In this document: positions 9,062-19,874 of the stretch, in pieces
Position numbering within the stretch: position 1 is the stretch's first letter
Layout: the number at the start of each line of letters is the position of its first letter
DNA from: an uncultured virus (IMG/VR IMGVR_UViG_3300033068_001821)
Taxonomy: Duplodnaviria; Heunggongvirae; Uroviricota; Caudoviricetes
DNA: 64,000 nt
Virus record (IMG/VR): IMGVR_UViG_3300033068_001821
Reading direction: 5' to 3' (one strand)
The notes under the pieces: generated by a model
What the model saw: only the letters and a program-made list of their open reading frames with translations
Told to the model about the DNA's origin: nothing
The model's database searches: none
Position numbers and translations under genes: made by a program

Positions 9062-10455
9062 TTGAATCCGAAAAATCTTTTTATGAAACCAGGTTTCTCT
9101 TCTTGTTGAGTTGTTACTATTGGCTCTTCCTGTAAGGGTTTATTACCTTTAAATCTTCTTAGCTGTCTTAATATTTCCTTACTTTCTTCGGTTTCTATTG
9201 TAACACCAGCATTTTTAATAGTTTTTGCATCCACAAAATAAAAAATTGGTAAATTACCCTCTTTATCAGTCCAGAATTCCTCACCTTTTGAATTAATAAC
9301 AGGTATAGAAATTTTTTCTGGATTGGAATCAACTACAATAAAAAAGTCGTCATTCCATTCATAAACAAACCATTTACCTACTTCTGTTATGAAGTCTTCA
9401 TGTTCTTTAAATTTTTCTTTTGTATTATGTCCAAATTTCACTCTTAGACCAGAATAACAAACATTTCTTGGTTGACTAACATACTCACTCATAATTGAAT
9501 ATCCTAAACCATCTTTCTCAAATTCCAATAACTCACAATCCTTAGAATTATTTAGGTATCTAAGTACTGGAAAACTTCTATCTCTTAATCTCAAAATAGC
9601 AGGTACAAAAGAATAAGATTTAGAAAAATATAAATAATTTATATCATCTTTATTTTCTGGTGCTTTTATATTTAACCTATTCCAAGCATTATCATTCACT
9701 ATCTTCAACACACCATCTCTAATATACTCAGTTCCTGGAAATTTTTGAAAATATGATTTTTTAAAACCTTTACTTAAATTAAAAATAGTGTTTAAAACAC
9801 CATAGAATGTGTGACTAGATGGGGTAAATGTACATTTACCATCATTATCATCGTGTGCAACAAAAGACCATGTATCATTTGAATTATGTCTAAGACTTAC
9901 ACCATATCTAACCCATCTTTTATTGGTATTTCTATAAGTGTCTGTAAAGTAATTATTATTAGGAGTTACTATACTTTTGATATATCTATTATCAATTACA
10001 ACCCATTGTTCTGGGTATTCAGATTGATACTTATTCCAAAATGACTTTGTTTTTAAGCACCAAGCAGGAGAACCTAATTCTAATATTCCTTTATACGTAT
10101 AAACTCTAAAGAATGAATATGATTTATCTTTATAGATCAATTCATAGTCATCATTCTTTTTAGTAGAAGTAGTAAGATCTTCATAAAAAGTATCTAGAAT
10201 TTGTTCATATGACATTTTGTTAAGCTTACCTAAGTCAAGTTTAGAGTTCTTTAAAACCTCAAATATCGACTTTAATTCTTCCATATCGGTTACATTATCA
10301 ACAAATCTAAGTCTTGTTAAAATACCAACATAACTAAAGGCAGTACCAACCATCTCTCTTATTTTAAGATAATCTTCATTGTCTTCTGCAATTCCATTCT
10401 TTCTAAGAATAGACTTGGCTAAAGCGATATTTTCATTTAGTTTAATATACTTCAT
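9058..10455 (-). CDS. Leader-bearing protein, possible PcfJ-like domain
   Basis: Starts MKYIKLNE; LGSPAWCLK motif; amphipathic C-term KPGFIKRFFGFK; TAATATATA at 10468-10460. Confidence 0.55.
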   Translation of the reverse strand: MKYIKLNENIALAKSILRKNGIAEDNEDYLKIREMVGTAFSYVGILTRLRFVDNVTDMEELKSIFEVLKNSKLDLGKLNKMSYEQILDTFYEDLTTSTKKNDDYELIYKDKSYSFFRVYTYKGILELGSPAWCLKTKSFWNKYQSEYPEQWVVIDNRYIKSIVTPNNNYFTDTYRNTNKRWVRYGVSLRHNSNDTWSFVAHDDNDGKCTFTPSSHTFYGVLNTIFNLSKGFKKSYFQKFPGTEYIRDGVLKIVNDNAWNRLNIKAPENKDDINYLYFSKSYSFVPAILRLRDRSFPVLRYLNNSKDCELLEFEKDGLGYSIMSEYVSQPRNVCYSGLRVKFGHNTKEKFKEHEDFITEVGKWFVYEWNDDFFIVVDSNPEKISIPVINSKGEEFWTDKEGNLPIFYFVDAKTIKNAGVTIETEESKEILRQLRRFKGNKPLQEEPIVTTQQEEKPGFIKRFFGFK

Positions 10456-10465
10456 ATGTTATATA

Positions 10466-11170
10466 TTAAAATTTCTTCTTGAATTTATATTGAAGACCTA
10501 AACTTATAGTATGTAAAAGTTTAATCTCGGTAGATGAGTTATAATTTAAAACATCTTGTATAACAAAACTAATTTTATTTTTAGGCATTATTATAAACTT
10601 TGAAGTTCCTACTATAATATAATCATTAAATTCTTTAATACTTGGTTGATAAAAGTACTCAGAAGTTACCTCAAAGTTCTTTTTTGATAATTTTAATTTA
10701 CCTCTTAGTGAGTGTCTAAAAAATTTTTTTGAATCACCATTGTTCCATATAATATCTTGAAAGATTAAAGCATATGAACTAGATACTGTAATAGTAGAGT
10801 CTATTTTACTTTTAATACCATACCCCAAACCAACCCAATGATCTGTCTCTATCTTTCTAATTAATGATGAGTTAAACTGATAAGTGAAAAAGGAATAATC
10901 GTTAAACCTTCTTTCTGGAAACTTATACATGATATTGACTCTTTGAGATAACTCATCTTGTTTATCTGTCAAATATGCATAGTTAGTATTTGAATTAATA
11001 TCAAAATTTTTAAGTATAAGTGTATTATCTCCAATATAGATAAATCCAATACTCTTAGTAGTATTATCTACCTGAACAGTATTAAGAGTTAGATTATTAT
11101 CTAAATTAACTTCTTTCTGTGAAAAAGAAATGTTTGTAATAAAAAGTAGCAGTAAATATATTTTCCTCAT
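10466..11170 (-). CDS. Outer-membrane beta-barrel protein, DUF481-like
   Basis: Signal peptide MRKIYLLLLFITNISFS/Q; alternating beta strands; FYQP motif; ends LGLQYKF..F. Confidence 0.6.
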   Translation of the reverse strand: MRKIYLLLLFITNISFSQKEVNLDNNLTLNTVQVDNTTKSIGFIYIGDNTLILKNFDINSNTNYAYLTDKQDELSQRVNIMYKFPERRFNDYSFFTYQFNSSLIRKIETDHWVGLGYGIKSKIDSTITVSSSYALIFQDIIWNNGDSKKFFRHSLRGKLKLSKKNFEVTSEYFYQPSIKEFNDYIIVGTSKFIIMPKNKISFVIQDVLNYNSSTEIKLLHTISLGLQYKFKKKF

Positions 11171-11197
11171 TATCTATATATTAAATGAAGAAATAAT

Positions 11198-11222
11198 AAA
11201 AACCCACTTAAAGTGGGTTTTT
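11198..11222. terminator. Intrinsic terminator
   Basis: AAAAACCCACT-TAA-AGTGGGTTTTT. Confidence 0.7.
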
Positions 11223-11223
11223 A

Positions 11224-11640
11224 TTATTGAATTTCAACAACTTCAATCTCAAATACAAGATCTTTACCTGCTAAAGGGTGGTTTCCGTCGATAACTACAG
11301 TATCTTCATTTACTTCTTTAACAAAAACTTGTGCAGATTGACCGTTTTCACCTTGTGCTTCTAAAGCTTGACCAACTTCAACTTCACCTGGCATTTTGTC
11401 AAGAGGAACACTTACAATAAGGTCTTCTCTAACTAAACCATAACCTTCTTCTGGAGTAATGTTTGCAGTAACTTTATCACCAACAACTTTACCAATAATA
11501 GCACTTTCAAATCCAGGAATCAATTGTCCTGATCCTACTTGAAATTGAAGAGGTTCTCTTCCTTCTGAACTGTCGAATACTTCACCGTCAGTAAATTTAC
11601 CAACATAATGTACACTAACAACTTTACCGTTTTCTATCAT
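11224..11640 (-). CDS. FKBP-type peptidyl-prolyl isomerase (SlyD/FkpB-like)
   Basis: VSVHYVGK..DGEVFDSS..PLQFQVG..LIPGFE..IDGNHPLAGKDLVF. Confidence 0.92.
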   Translation of the reverse strand: MIENGKVVSVHYVGKFTDGEVFDSSEGREPLQFQVGSGQLIPGFESAIIGKVVGDKVTANITPEEGYGLVREDLIVSVPLDKMPGEVEVGQALEAQGENGQSAQVFVKEVNEDTVVIDGNHPLAGKDLVFEIEVVEIQ

Positions 11641-11740
11641 TATAAATATATTTTTTTAATTATAGAAATAAAAAATAATAAGTTGTAAATTATTTGTTTT
11701 TTATAAAAAAATCCCATATCAAAATGGGATTCTTTCTATT

Positions 11741-13222
11741 TTATTTTTTCGTAAAACTTTCAAAGTTTTTTATCAGATTTCCTTGTTTATCTAACTTAGT
11801 AACGTCTTTGGTTGCAATTACTTTATTATCCATTTCAGGTTCTTTAGGGTTAAAGTATTCTGCAGGTTCACTCCATTTTAAACTTAAATTAAAAGGAACT
11901 CCTGATAAATCAGAAATTATTTTATTTTTGAACATATCAACATATTTTAAATCTTGGTATGTAGGTAATTCACATTTACCATAAACATTTGAGATTGAAC
12001 CAATACCACCGTGACCACCTGAAACTGTGATTTCATCTTGTCCTAATGACGTATCTGGATTATGATACCCTAAATGTTTTTGGAAGTTTTGTAATAACTC
12101 AGTCATATATTTTCCTAAATCATTTACCACTTCACCATTTCTTAATACTGGTAAATTTTCAATTTTACTCATATCTTTATATGAACAAACTTGTAATGTT
12201 GAACCATATTGTAGTAATATAAAATTCGGTTCTGAATCTAAAACACCATTTTGTATATCTTTCTCAACAATAGTTCTTGCTCTTAAAGCATTTGCCCAAG
12301 TACCAGTTGGTACAAAAACTAAATCACCAATTTTTTGATAACCATCTATTTGTAAATATTGACCGTTTCTAAATTGATTAGTAAATTCACCTTGAGTTTT
12401 ATAAGTGACTTTTTTAGTCATTGAACCTCTAGTTTTCTTTTGCATCTCACCTAATCTCCATTCAGAATCTTCGATAAAGTCTTTTTTCTGACCTTTTCTA
12501 GGACCACCCATTACCGCATTATGTTCTGGGTAAACCTTTTTCATTATATTAAAGATTGAATAAATAGAAGCATCCGGACAGTTTTCAATAACTGATATAA
12601 TTGTTTTTGAATCTGATCTTTTTAAGAATTGATTAAATGCAGCACCAAATTCTAGTCTTTTGTTTTTAGATTTCTTAATATCAGATAAATTAAAATCTAA
12701 AAGTCGTTGCCAAGAAACTTCATACTGGTCATATTTAGCAGCATCAATCATATCAATAACATCTAATGTTAAGGAATCTTGTGGAACTCCAAGTGCTTGA
12801 CAAATTGCTTCATAAGCAGATGCCGTTTTTTTCTTTTGTACTGGAGAAGACTTATATCTTTCTAACTCATCCGCACTAAATAATCCGTGGTGATCTAAGT
12901 AATAATCAACTAAGTCATCTCTTTCATCTCCAGGCATAGAAGCAAAATCTAAAACTATATTGATAAGTTTAGGATCTAAAGTTGTGTATTTCCATCCTTC
13001 TGTATAGTTAAGAATACCATATTTTTCAATAGTAAATCCTTTATTAAGTAGATATTTCTTAACTTCGATCGCACACGTTATTCCATCCATGTCGTCGTGT
13101 GTGTATAATGCAACTACTTTACCCTTTTTACCTTTTTTTAACCAGTATTCTTCTGACTTAGGAAGTCTTGGTGAAGATTCTAAAATTAAGTCAAATTTAT
13201 TAAATTGTTTTATATTTTTCAT
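11741..13222 (-). CDS. DHH-family phosphoesterase with N-terminal leader
   Basis: HDDMDG, LDF, LDHH, SGGHGG motifs; starts MKNIKQFNKFDLILES. Confidence 0.75.
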   Translation of the reverse strand: MKNIKQFNKFDLILESSPRLPKSEEYWLKKGKKGKVVALYTHDDMDGITCAIEVKKYLLNKGFTIEKYGILNYTEGWKYTTLDPKLINIVLDFASMPGDERDDLVDYYLDHHGLFSADELERYKSSPVQKKKTASAYEAICQALGVPQDSLTLDVIDMIDAAKYDQYEVSWQRLLDFNLSDIKKSKNKRLEFGAAFNQFLKRSDSKTIISVIENCPDASIYSIFNIMKKVYPEHNAVMGGPRKGQKKDFIEDSEWRLGEMQKKTRGSMTKKVTYKTQGEFTNQFRNGQYLQIDGYQKIGDLVFVPTGTWANALRARTIVEKDIQNGVLDSEPNFILLQYGSTLQVCSYKDMSKIENLPVLRNGEVVNDLGKYMTELLQNFQKHLGYHNPDTSLGQDEITVSGGHGGIGSISNVYGKCELPTYQDLKYVDMFKNKIISDLSGVPFNLSLKWSEPAEYFNPKEPEMDNKVIATKDVTKLDKQGNLIKNFESFTKK

Positions 13223-13300
13223 ACTCTATATATTATATTTTATTCCTCTTTTTCTATCAGAAAATCTATCAGGGACATTATGATAATTTATATATACTAT

Positions 13301-14212
13301 ATGATAAAAAATATATGGAGACCTAAAACAAAGGTTATAGATAATAAACAAGTTGTAATATACTATATTCAATCCTCACTAGAAGACTTTTATAGATCAG
13401 GTTCAAGTAATCTTAAAGTTATTTATACTTGTGATAATGAAAAATGTAAAACACCCAATAAACATTATTCTATAAATAGAATACATCTTAATGAAAAAAG
13501 ATCCAAGACAGTAAATGATAAAATTCAAATATGTAGAGTCTGTCAAACAACGGGTGAAAATAATCCACGTTTTGGTGACAATAGAACCTGGGAAGAGATG
13601 ATGGGTAAAGAAAGATCCAATAAAAATAAAAAAATTTATAGAAATAAATTTTTAAGTGATAATCCATCAAAAAAAGATATAGTTAAAATAAAAAAAGGAC
13701 AAATAATAATAAACTATGAATATGTAAGTAATTACTTAAATAAATATAATTTTAAACTAAATTCAATAGATGGTGATAATAAATTTGCTAAATTAAATAT
13801 AACGTGTGATAATAATCATATATTTGAAATTAAATATACTAATTTTGGTAAAAACAATTGTTTGTGTAGATATTGTTATTATGATTCAATTAGAATTTCA
13901 TTTGAAGAAATTGAAAGATTTGAGACATATTCAAAAACGGTTAGATCACTAACAAGATTTTCATTCAATAAAAATAAAAAATTTATTGATCCTTATGGAT
14001 TAAAAGAATTAGATTCTAAAAATTATCATATCGATCATATTTATTCTATATCTGATGGGTACATAAATGATGTTGATCCAAAAATAATTGCATCTTATCA
14101 TAATTTAAGAGTTGTTAAAAAGTTAGATAACCTACAAAAAGGAAGAAAGTCAGATATGGAATTATCAGAATTACTAGAAAAAATTAATAATCAGGATTAT
14201 CATAAGAATTGA
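13301..14212 (+). CDS. HNH-type homing endonuclease
   Basis: Cys pairs, GENNPRFG, C-term YHIDHIYS..NLRVV..DN; start reassigned to ATG 13301. Confidence 0.7.
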   Translation: MIKNIWRPKTKVIDNKQVVIYYIQSSLEDFYRSGSSNLKVIYTCDNEKCKTPNKHYSINRIHLNEKRSKTVNDKIQICRVCQTTGENNPRFGDNRTWEEMMGKERSNKNKKIYRNKFLSDNPSKKDIVKIKKGQIIINYEYVSNYLNKYNFKLNSIDGDNKFAKLNITCDNNHIFEIKYTNFGKNNCLCRYCYYDSIRISFEEIERFETYSKTVRSLTRFSFNKNKKFIDPYGLKELDSKNYHIDHIYSISDGYINDVDPKIIASYHNLRVVKKLDNLQKGRKSDMELSELLEKINNQDYHKN

Positions 14213-14221
14213 AACTATCTA

Positions 14222-14449
14222 TTATATCTTGTTCCAGCATATCGATTGCCTTACTAAGTTTAATAACTGAGTATATATTTCATCTTGTTTAGTATAATTA
14301 CTATACTCCTTATTTTTATTATCACACTCTAATTGTGCACTTTTTATATCTAAAAATAATTCATCAATATATCCATTGTTTGGATATACTACCCAAACAT
14401 TATCAGTTGTTAGTTTATTATTCTCATTTATTTTCTTTAAATACTTCAT
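14222..14449 (-). CDS. Small leader-bearing protein, possibly frameshifted
   Basis: Starts MKYLKKINE; alternative frame extends to 14184. Confidence 0.5.
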   Translation of the reverse strand: MKYLKKINENNKLTTDNVWVVYPNNGYIDELFLDIKSAQLECDNKNKEYSNYTKQDEIYTQLLNLVRQSICWNKI

Positions 14450-14481
14450 ACTCTATATATTTTATTTCTATAATGTAAATG

Positions 14482-15267
14482 TTATCTATTGTTATAATCG
14501 TTTTCAATATAATACCAAGCGTCATTAAAATCACCAAAATTAAGTCCATTTTGACGTAGTAATATATCTAATCTACCGTGTTCAACCTTTCTACAAAGAT
14601 TGTCATATATAACATAATTATAATGACCTGATGATTGAGTATCATAAGAAAGTTTAAGTACTTTAACTGGATTATTTCGTTCAGTTACAAATTTATTTTT
14701 ATAGAAAATGTAATAATGTCTCCATCTTCCGGGTATTTTTGTTACTCTCCAGACTGATCTTTTCTCATCACTATCTAATTCTGTCAAATAATTATTATCT
14801 TTTTTATATACTCTTGATAAAAGGTCCGCTAAAATCTCATTATAAATTTGAATTCGTATACCATCTATAGGAGCGGTTTGTTGTAAAGTATTAATATCTG
14901 TTAAATTTTGTGAATTCCAAATATTATTCTGAATATCTAGAAAATAAAGTGAACTAATAATATATTCTCTTTTTAAAAAGTGAAAAAATGGTATAAAATG
15001 ATCGGTTATTCTTGTCCAAAGAAAAGGATGTACTTCTACTCTATTTCTAACATCTGTATTAAAGTAAGTTGGTTTTGGTGTGTAATGATTATCTTCTTTT
15101 TTATAGATATAGATTTCTAATTTATTAGCTATATGACCACCATTATCATCACAATTACCAACAATAACATCATATCCTTCATCAAGTAAATAAGCTAAGT
15201 GATCTCTGACGAAGTCCTCAACATCTTTGATTTGATATGTCCCATTTATACTTCTTAAATACTTCAT
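14482..15267 (-). CDS. Leader-bearing protein, paralog of N-domain of 33717 ORF
   Basis: LAYLLDEGY and WTRITDHFIPF match LAYLMDEGY and WTDIKDQFIPF. Confidence 0.6.
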   Translation of the reverse strand: MKYLRSINGTYQIKDVEDFVRDHLAYLLDEGYDVIVGNCDDNGGHIANKLEIYIYKKEDNHYTPKPTYFNTDVRNRVEVHPFLWTRITDHFIPFFHFLKREYIISSLYFLDIQNNIWNSQNLTDINTLQQTAPIDGIRIQIYNEILADLLSRVYKKDNNYLTELDSDEKRSVWRVTKIPGRWRHYYIFYKNKFVTERNNPVKVLKLSYDTQSSGHYNYVIYDNLCRKVEHGRLDILLRQNGLNFGDFNDAWYYIENDYNNR

Positions 15268-16640
15268 TACTTTTTAAATCCTTTTATATCACCTTGCTTA
15301 TCACCTTTATCATCTTCATCAAATGAAGTATCAAAGAAGTTAGAAGTATCAGTAACAACTTTAACCGTTGAATCTAAATTAGCATAAGGTCCTAATTCAC
15401 CTGAACGGAATACACCACCAGTCATATCACCATTAAGATAACCATTCATAAAATAACAGTTTACTAATTCACTTTGCTCTACCTTACAGTTAAGTACTTT
15501 TGAATTATCTACATCAGAATGTTGTATCTTTGATTTTACCAATTGTGAGTTTTTAATTTCACTACCTACAAAAAAACAATCCTCAAAGATTCCTTCAACT
15601 TGACAATTGATTAAGTCACAACCTCTAATGGTTAAAAGTGATTTAAAATTAGCATCTACTATCTCAACTATTTGAGTATTTATGACATAATTTATAATAC
15701 AGTCTTTTAAATCGTCGGTTGCTTCAACTAAACTAAATAACTTAGGATAAATCTTATCATAGTAAGTATTTACCATATCATAGTTATTATTCTGATCTAT
15801 TTGTATTTGTACTGATGGGAAATCAACAATAAAATTATCATATTTAGAAAGGTTTTTAAACTTAGAAATGTTTTCTTCTAGGAATTCTTCTAATTTATTG
15901 ACATCCTCTGCGTTAAATAATGTATCGATAGAATCATAAACATTTATAATGAATCTATCCATAAAGTAAATCAATTGACCTAAGTTCTTTTCATAGTCTT
16001 TACCTCCAATATATCTTAACTCTAATCTCTGTGTTTCCTTATCATTATTGATATGTAAGAAGTTTATACCAAAGTATTTATCATTCGGCAATCTCATATT
16101 ATTCTTAACAACTGAAATAGGAATATTAAAAAAGTCATACTCTTTATAAGGTATTATATTTTTAACACTTTTTGCATAAACATTTGATTTTCTTGAAGGA
16201 TAACATCTGTATATCTCTTCTTCATCAGTATTTAAAATCAATTTTAATATATTTAAGTCATTTAAGTTTTTATCACCGTTAAAGGATAAGTTAAAGTGAA
16301 CAGAACATTTCTCATTTGTATAACCATAAGTTTGAATAAACTTAATGATTTTAACAAGAAAGTACTTAGCATCGAAATAATCTAATGGTCCTGTTACTAA
16401 CTCAACCATGTTTGAACCTCCTGATAAATCAGGCTCTATTTTAAAGTTTCTATCATCTGGAGTAAACCCAGAGTGATACTCTCTAAATCCCCAAACTTTT
16501 ACTGGGTCTAACTCTTGGTTAAGTAGTTCTAGTGTTTTATAGAAAGAAAGGTCTTTCATATAGAACTCAAATTCAAATCCAATAATAGCATTTTTTAGTT
16601 TACTTGATTGGTTTAAAAATTTATCTGAATATTTTTCCAT
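15267..16640 (-). CDS. Putative amidoligase (COOH-NH2 ligase family)
   Basis: GFEFEF, IEPDLS, ELVTGPL, SVHFN, KYFGIN, LELR motifs; beta-helix-like C-term. Confidence 0.7.
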   Translation of the reverse strand: MEKYSDKFLNQSSKLKNAIIGFEFEFYMKDLSFYKTLELLNQELDPVKVWGFREYHSGFTPDDRNFKIEPDLSGGSNMVELVTGPLDYFDAKYFLVKIIKFIQTYGYTNEKCSVHFNLSFNGDKNLNDLNILKLILNTDEEEIYRCYPSRKSNVYAKSVKNIIPYKEYDFFNIPISVVKNNMRLPNDKYFGINFLHINNDKETQRLELRYIGGKDYEKNLGQLIYFMDRFIINVYDSIDTLFNAEDVNKLEEFLEENISKFKNLSKYDNFIVDFPSVQIQIDQNNNYDMVNTYYDKIYPKLFSLVEATDDLKDCIINYVINTQIVEIVDANFKSLLTIRGCDLINCQVEGIFEDCFFVGSEIKNSQLVKSKIQHSDVDNSKVLNCKVEQSELVNCYFMNGYLNGDMTGGVFRSGELGPYANLDSTVKVVTDTSNFFDTSFDEDDKGDKQGDIKGFKK

Positions 16641-16692
16641 AATGTTATATATTAAAAATTAAAGGGACTTTATTAGATATTATATATAAATT

Positions 16693-17331
16693 ATGAAATT
16701 ATGTAAAAAATGTAATGTTAATAAAGAGTTAGAACATTTCTCAAAAAATAAATCATCAAAAGATGGTTTAAATAATTGTTGTAGAGAATGTACTAATGAA
16801 AAAAATAGATTATATTATAATCAAAATTCAGATAAAATAATTGAAAAAAAGAAAGAGTATACATTACAAAATCTAGATAGAGTAAAAGAGTATCAATCTG
16901 AATACAGGATTGCTAATAAAGAAGAAATTTCTAAATATAGAAGTGAAAATTCAGAGTATTATAAAAATTGGTGGAAAAATAACAGAGAAAAAGCTAGTTT
17001 ATATGATAAAAGATATAATGAAAAATATCCACATGTTAAAATATGTAGAAATACGTTAAAAAGTTGCTTAGAACGTATTGGTTTAAAAAAAGATAAATCA
17101 CTTATTGATTTATTAGGATATAATCTGGAGGATTTTAAAATACATATCGAAACACTATTTTTAGATGGTATGTCCTGGGAGAATTGGGGTAAGTGGCATG
17201 TAGATCACAAAATACCTGTTAGTAAATTTAGTAAAGATACACCAGTTTCAGTAATAAACTCGTTAGATAATTTACAACCTTTATGGGCATTTGATAATTT
17301 ATCAAAAAGTAATAAAATAGAAAATGATTAA
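16693..17331 (+). CDS. HNH homing endonuclease
   Basis: N-term CKKC..CREC; GMSWENWGKWHVDHKIP..NLQPLWAFDNLSK. Confidence 0.85.
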   Translation: MKLCKKCNVNKELEHFSKNKSSKDGLNNCCRECTNEKNRLYYNQNSDKIIEKKKEYTLQNLDRVKEYQSEYRIANKEEISKYRSENSEYYKNWWKNNREKASLYDKRYNEKYPHVKICRNTLKSCLERIGLKKDKSLIDLLGYNLEDFKIHIETLFLDGMSWENWGKWHVDHKIPVSKFSKDTPVSVINSLDNLQPLWAFDNLSKSNKIEND

Positions 17332-17734
17332 AGAAGAAGCTAAAATGAATTTTTTTTGTGTATATTGTAAAACGAGAAAAAAATTCGATAAATTTGTAAA
17401 AACTAATGCCATTAAAAATAAATATATCATAGATATAAATAAAATAATAAGTGAAGAAGAGGTTGACTTTACTGAAGATAAAACGTATTTAAAAATTCTA
17501 ATTTTTAACAAAATACAACAAGCAATAGATAAAAAGAAGGACATCTATTATATACCCGACTTCGATAATGAATTCTCAATCGAAAAACTACTCAACCTTA
17601 AAAAAATACTTGGAGAAAACAATTTTAACGTTCTAATATTCTATAACGAATTTAGAAGAAACCCTGAAGTTATTGATGATGTTTTCTCAAATCTTTCAAA
17701 ATTTTCCAACTCACAGATAATAAGAGATTACTAA
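17324..17734 (+). CDS. Hypothetical protein
   Basis: ORF 136 aa; alpha/beta pattern. Confidence 0.55.
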   Translation: MIKEEAKMNFFCVYCKTRKKFDKFVKTNAIKNKYIIDINKIISEEEVDFTEDKTYLKILIFNKIQQAIDKKKDIYYIPDFDNEFSIEKLLNLKKILGENNFNVLIFYNEFRRNPEVIDDVFSNLSKFSNSQIIRDY

Positions 17735-17771
17735 TTGTTTATATATAGTACTATAAAAATAATGTAAATCT

Positions 17772-19859
17772 ATGGCTAATTTAGGTGGTTCACCACTTGG
17801 TCTTATTGGAGTAAAAAGTGGTAAAGATATTAATGGTTATTCAACATTTAATGGTGGAAGGACTAGAAATATTAGTGTTACTAACTACAATAGTGGTAAG
17901 GATGTTTATCCTATTCAAAACTTAGAAGACAATACTTATGGTGGTGTAAAAACTGCGAATATTAGTCAAGGTACTAGATCTATATTTAGTGGACCAACTG
18001 TTATTGCACCTTATGGAATGATAGGTAAAGGAAAAACAGATACTGGTGCATTTGATGCAAACTCTAAATACATTGGTGTTAAGAAACATCAATTACACAA
18101 TGATCAGGTATATGATACAAGTTTATTAAATATAATAGAACGTTTATCTGGTACTGAGGGGCAACTAAGACCAGCAGACTTTGCATATCTTAAAGATGTT
18201 GGTGTTTACCCAAATAATAGATTAATGATTGCACGAAGATTTACAAAACCACATTTAGATAATATTTTTGGAAAAGTTGATAAATCATTGGCTATGGCTA
18301 TTATGATTGCATGGAAGCCACAAACTGAACCTTTTCTAGAAATTAACTTTGGTGAAGAGTGGGTTGATGCGGATGCCGATTTTAAAAATGTTTTAAATAG
18401 TTTAGGGAAGGACTTTTTAGGAAAATCTTTAGGTGATAGAGCAGGTGGTCTAGCAGGTGCTGTTCCACTACCTGGATTTACTGAGGTTTTACAAAGACAA
18501 GTATTGAGTGCAATGGGACTTATGGAAGATAGTGATGATACACCATTACCATCTGGAAACCCAAACTTAATTAAAGAAGCAAAAAGAAGAAAAACACTTG
18601 GGTATGAAGGAGCTGGTTCTGGTCTAAAATGCTCAGTTTCTATAAAAATGGAATGTGAATGGGAACAAAAGTTTCTTTCTGGTATTGACCCAACAATTGT
18701 TTTTCAAGATATACTTAACAAAATTTTAGTTTTTGGTACATCAAAGAGTTCAAACTATGGTTTAACACCTACATTTGAGAAGAAGGTGCAACAATGGACT
18801 AATGACCCCGCTTTGATACTTACCGATATGTTAGAATATATTAAAACTGCATTAACTGGTGTAGTGGAGTCTATACAAAAGGCAATTGATGGACTTAAAC
18901 CTGGAGATCCTAAGGCAGAAGATGCCGCTAAAGATAAAACTGAAAGTGAAACATTAACGACTTTAAAGAATGCCGCAAATGGAACAATATTAAATAAAAA
19001 TGGTGAGAATATTTTCTCAAATATATTAAGGAGAATTGTAGGTAAATATAAAATTGAAATACAAGGTATTGCCAGAGCACTAACTGGTGCACCTTCAACC
19101 CCTTGGCATATAACAATTGGTAATCCACTTAGACCTGTCTTTTGTGCAGGTGATATGTATATGAGTCAAGATGTTACATTGACATTAGGACCAACATTAG
19201 CATTTAATGATCTACCATCTAGTATAAAAGCAAGTTTTACATTACAAAATGCTAGAGCTTGGGGTTTACAAGAAATAATAGCTAAGTTTAATGCAGGTAG
19301 TATCAGAGTATCTACTACTATTAAGGATGATATGCAAAGAAATTTAGGAGATCCACAAAATGCAACAGATAAATTACCTGATAAAACAAAAGAAACTATT
19401 TTAGGTACTGCGTCAGCTGGATCGACACCTGTAGTTCAAAGTGGTGCAGTAAATCAACCTACAACATCAGTAGTTTCAAATACAGCAAATAGTGCAGGAA
19501 TTTCAACAGTATCTGCAGGACCTCAGGCAACCGATAACATAATACCTACTACTGGGAATTCTGGTCAATCTTTACCAAATACTAATAATTTAACTGCAGG
19601 GATCTCAAGTAATATAACTAGTGCACAAGCGGCGGCGGCTAATGTTCAAAATCAGGTAACTAGTGGAGTTGCAGGTGTACAGAATCAAGTAAATAGTGGA
19701 GTTACAGGTGTGCAAAATCAAGTAAATAGTGCAGCTAATTCAGTAAAAGTAAATGATGGTGTTACAAATGTAATGAACCCTGTTGCGAACCAGGTGAATG
19801 GTGAAATACCATCTGTACCACCATTTGATCCTTCAATATTAAGTGGAATAAGGTTTTAA
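17772..19859 (+). CDS. Putative baseplate/tail structural protein
   Basis: PWHITIGNPLRP..F.DLPS motif recalls tail-tube/baseplate proteins of large myoviruses; low-complexity C-term; context. Confidence 0.55.
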   Translation: MANLGGSPLGLIGVKSGKDINGYSTFNGGRTRNISVTNYNSGKDVYPIQNLEDNTYGGVKTANISQGTRSIFSGPTVIAPYGMIGKGKTDTGAFDANSKYIGVKKHQLHNDQVYDTSLLNIIERLSGTEGQLRPADFAYLKDVGVYPNNRLMIARRFTKPHLDNIFGKVDKSLAMAIMIAWKPQTEPFLEINFGEEWVDADADFKNVLNSLGKDFLGKSLGDRAGGLAGAVPLPGFTEVLQRQVLSAMGLMEDSDDTPLPSGNPNLIKEAKRRKTLGYEGAGSGLKCSVSIKMECEWEQKFLSGIDPTIVFQDILNKILVFGTSKSSNYGLTPTFEKKVQQWTNDPALILTDMLEYIKTALTGVVESIQKAIDGLKPGDPKAEDAAKDKTESETLTTLKNAANGTILNKNGENIFSNILRRIVGKYKIEIQGIARALTGAPSTPWHITIGNPLRPVFCAGDMYMSQDVTLTLGPTLAFNDLPSSIKASFTLQNARAWGLQEIIAKFNAGSIRVSTTIKDDMQRNLGDPQNATDKLPDKTKETILGTASAGSTPVVQSGAVNQPTTSVVSNTANSAGISTVSAGPQATDNIIPTTGNSGQSLPNTNNLTAGISSNITSAQAAAANVQNQVTSGVAGVQNQVNSGVTGVQNQVNSAANSVKVNDGVTNVMNPVANQVNGEIPSVPPFDPSILSGIRF
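19638..19736 (+). repeat. Coding tandem repeat, about 3 x 33 nt (GVQNQVxSGVx)
   Basis: ANVQNQVTSGV-AGVQNQVNSGV-TGVQNQVNSAA. Confidence 0.75.
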
Positions 19860-19874
19860 AAATAAAATTAAATA

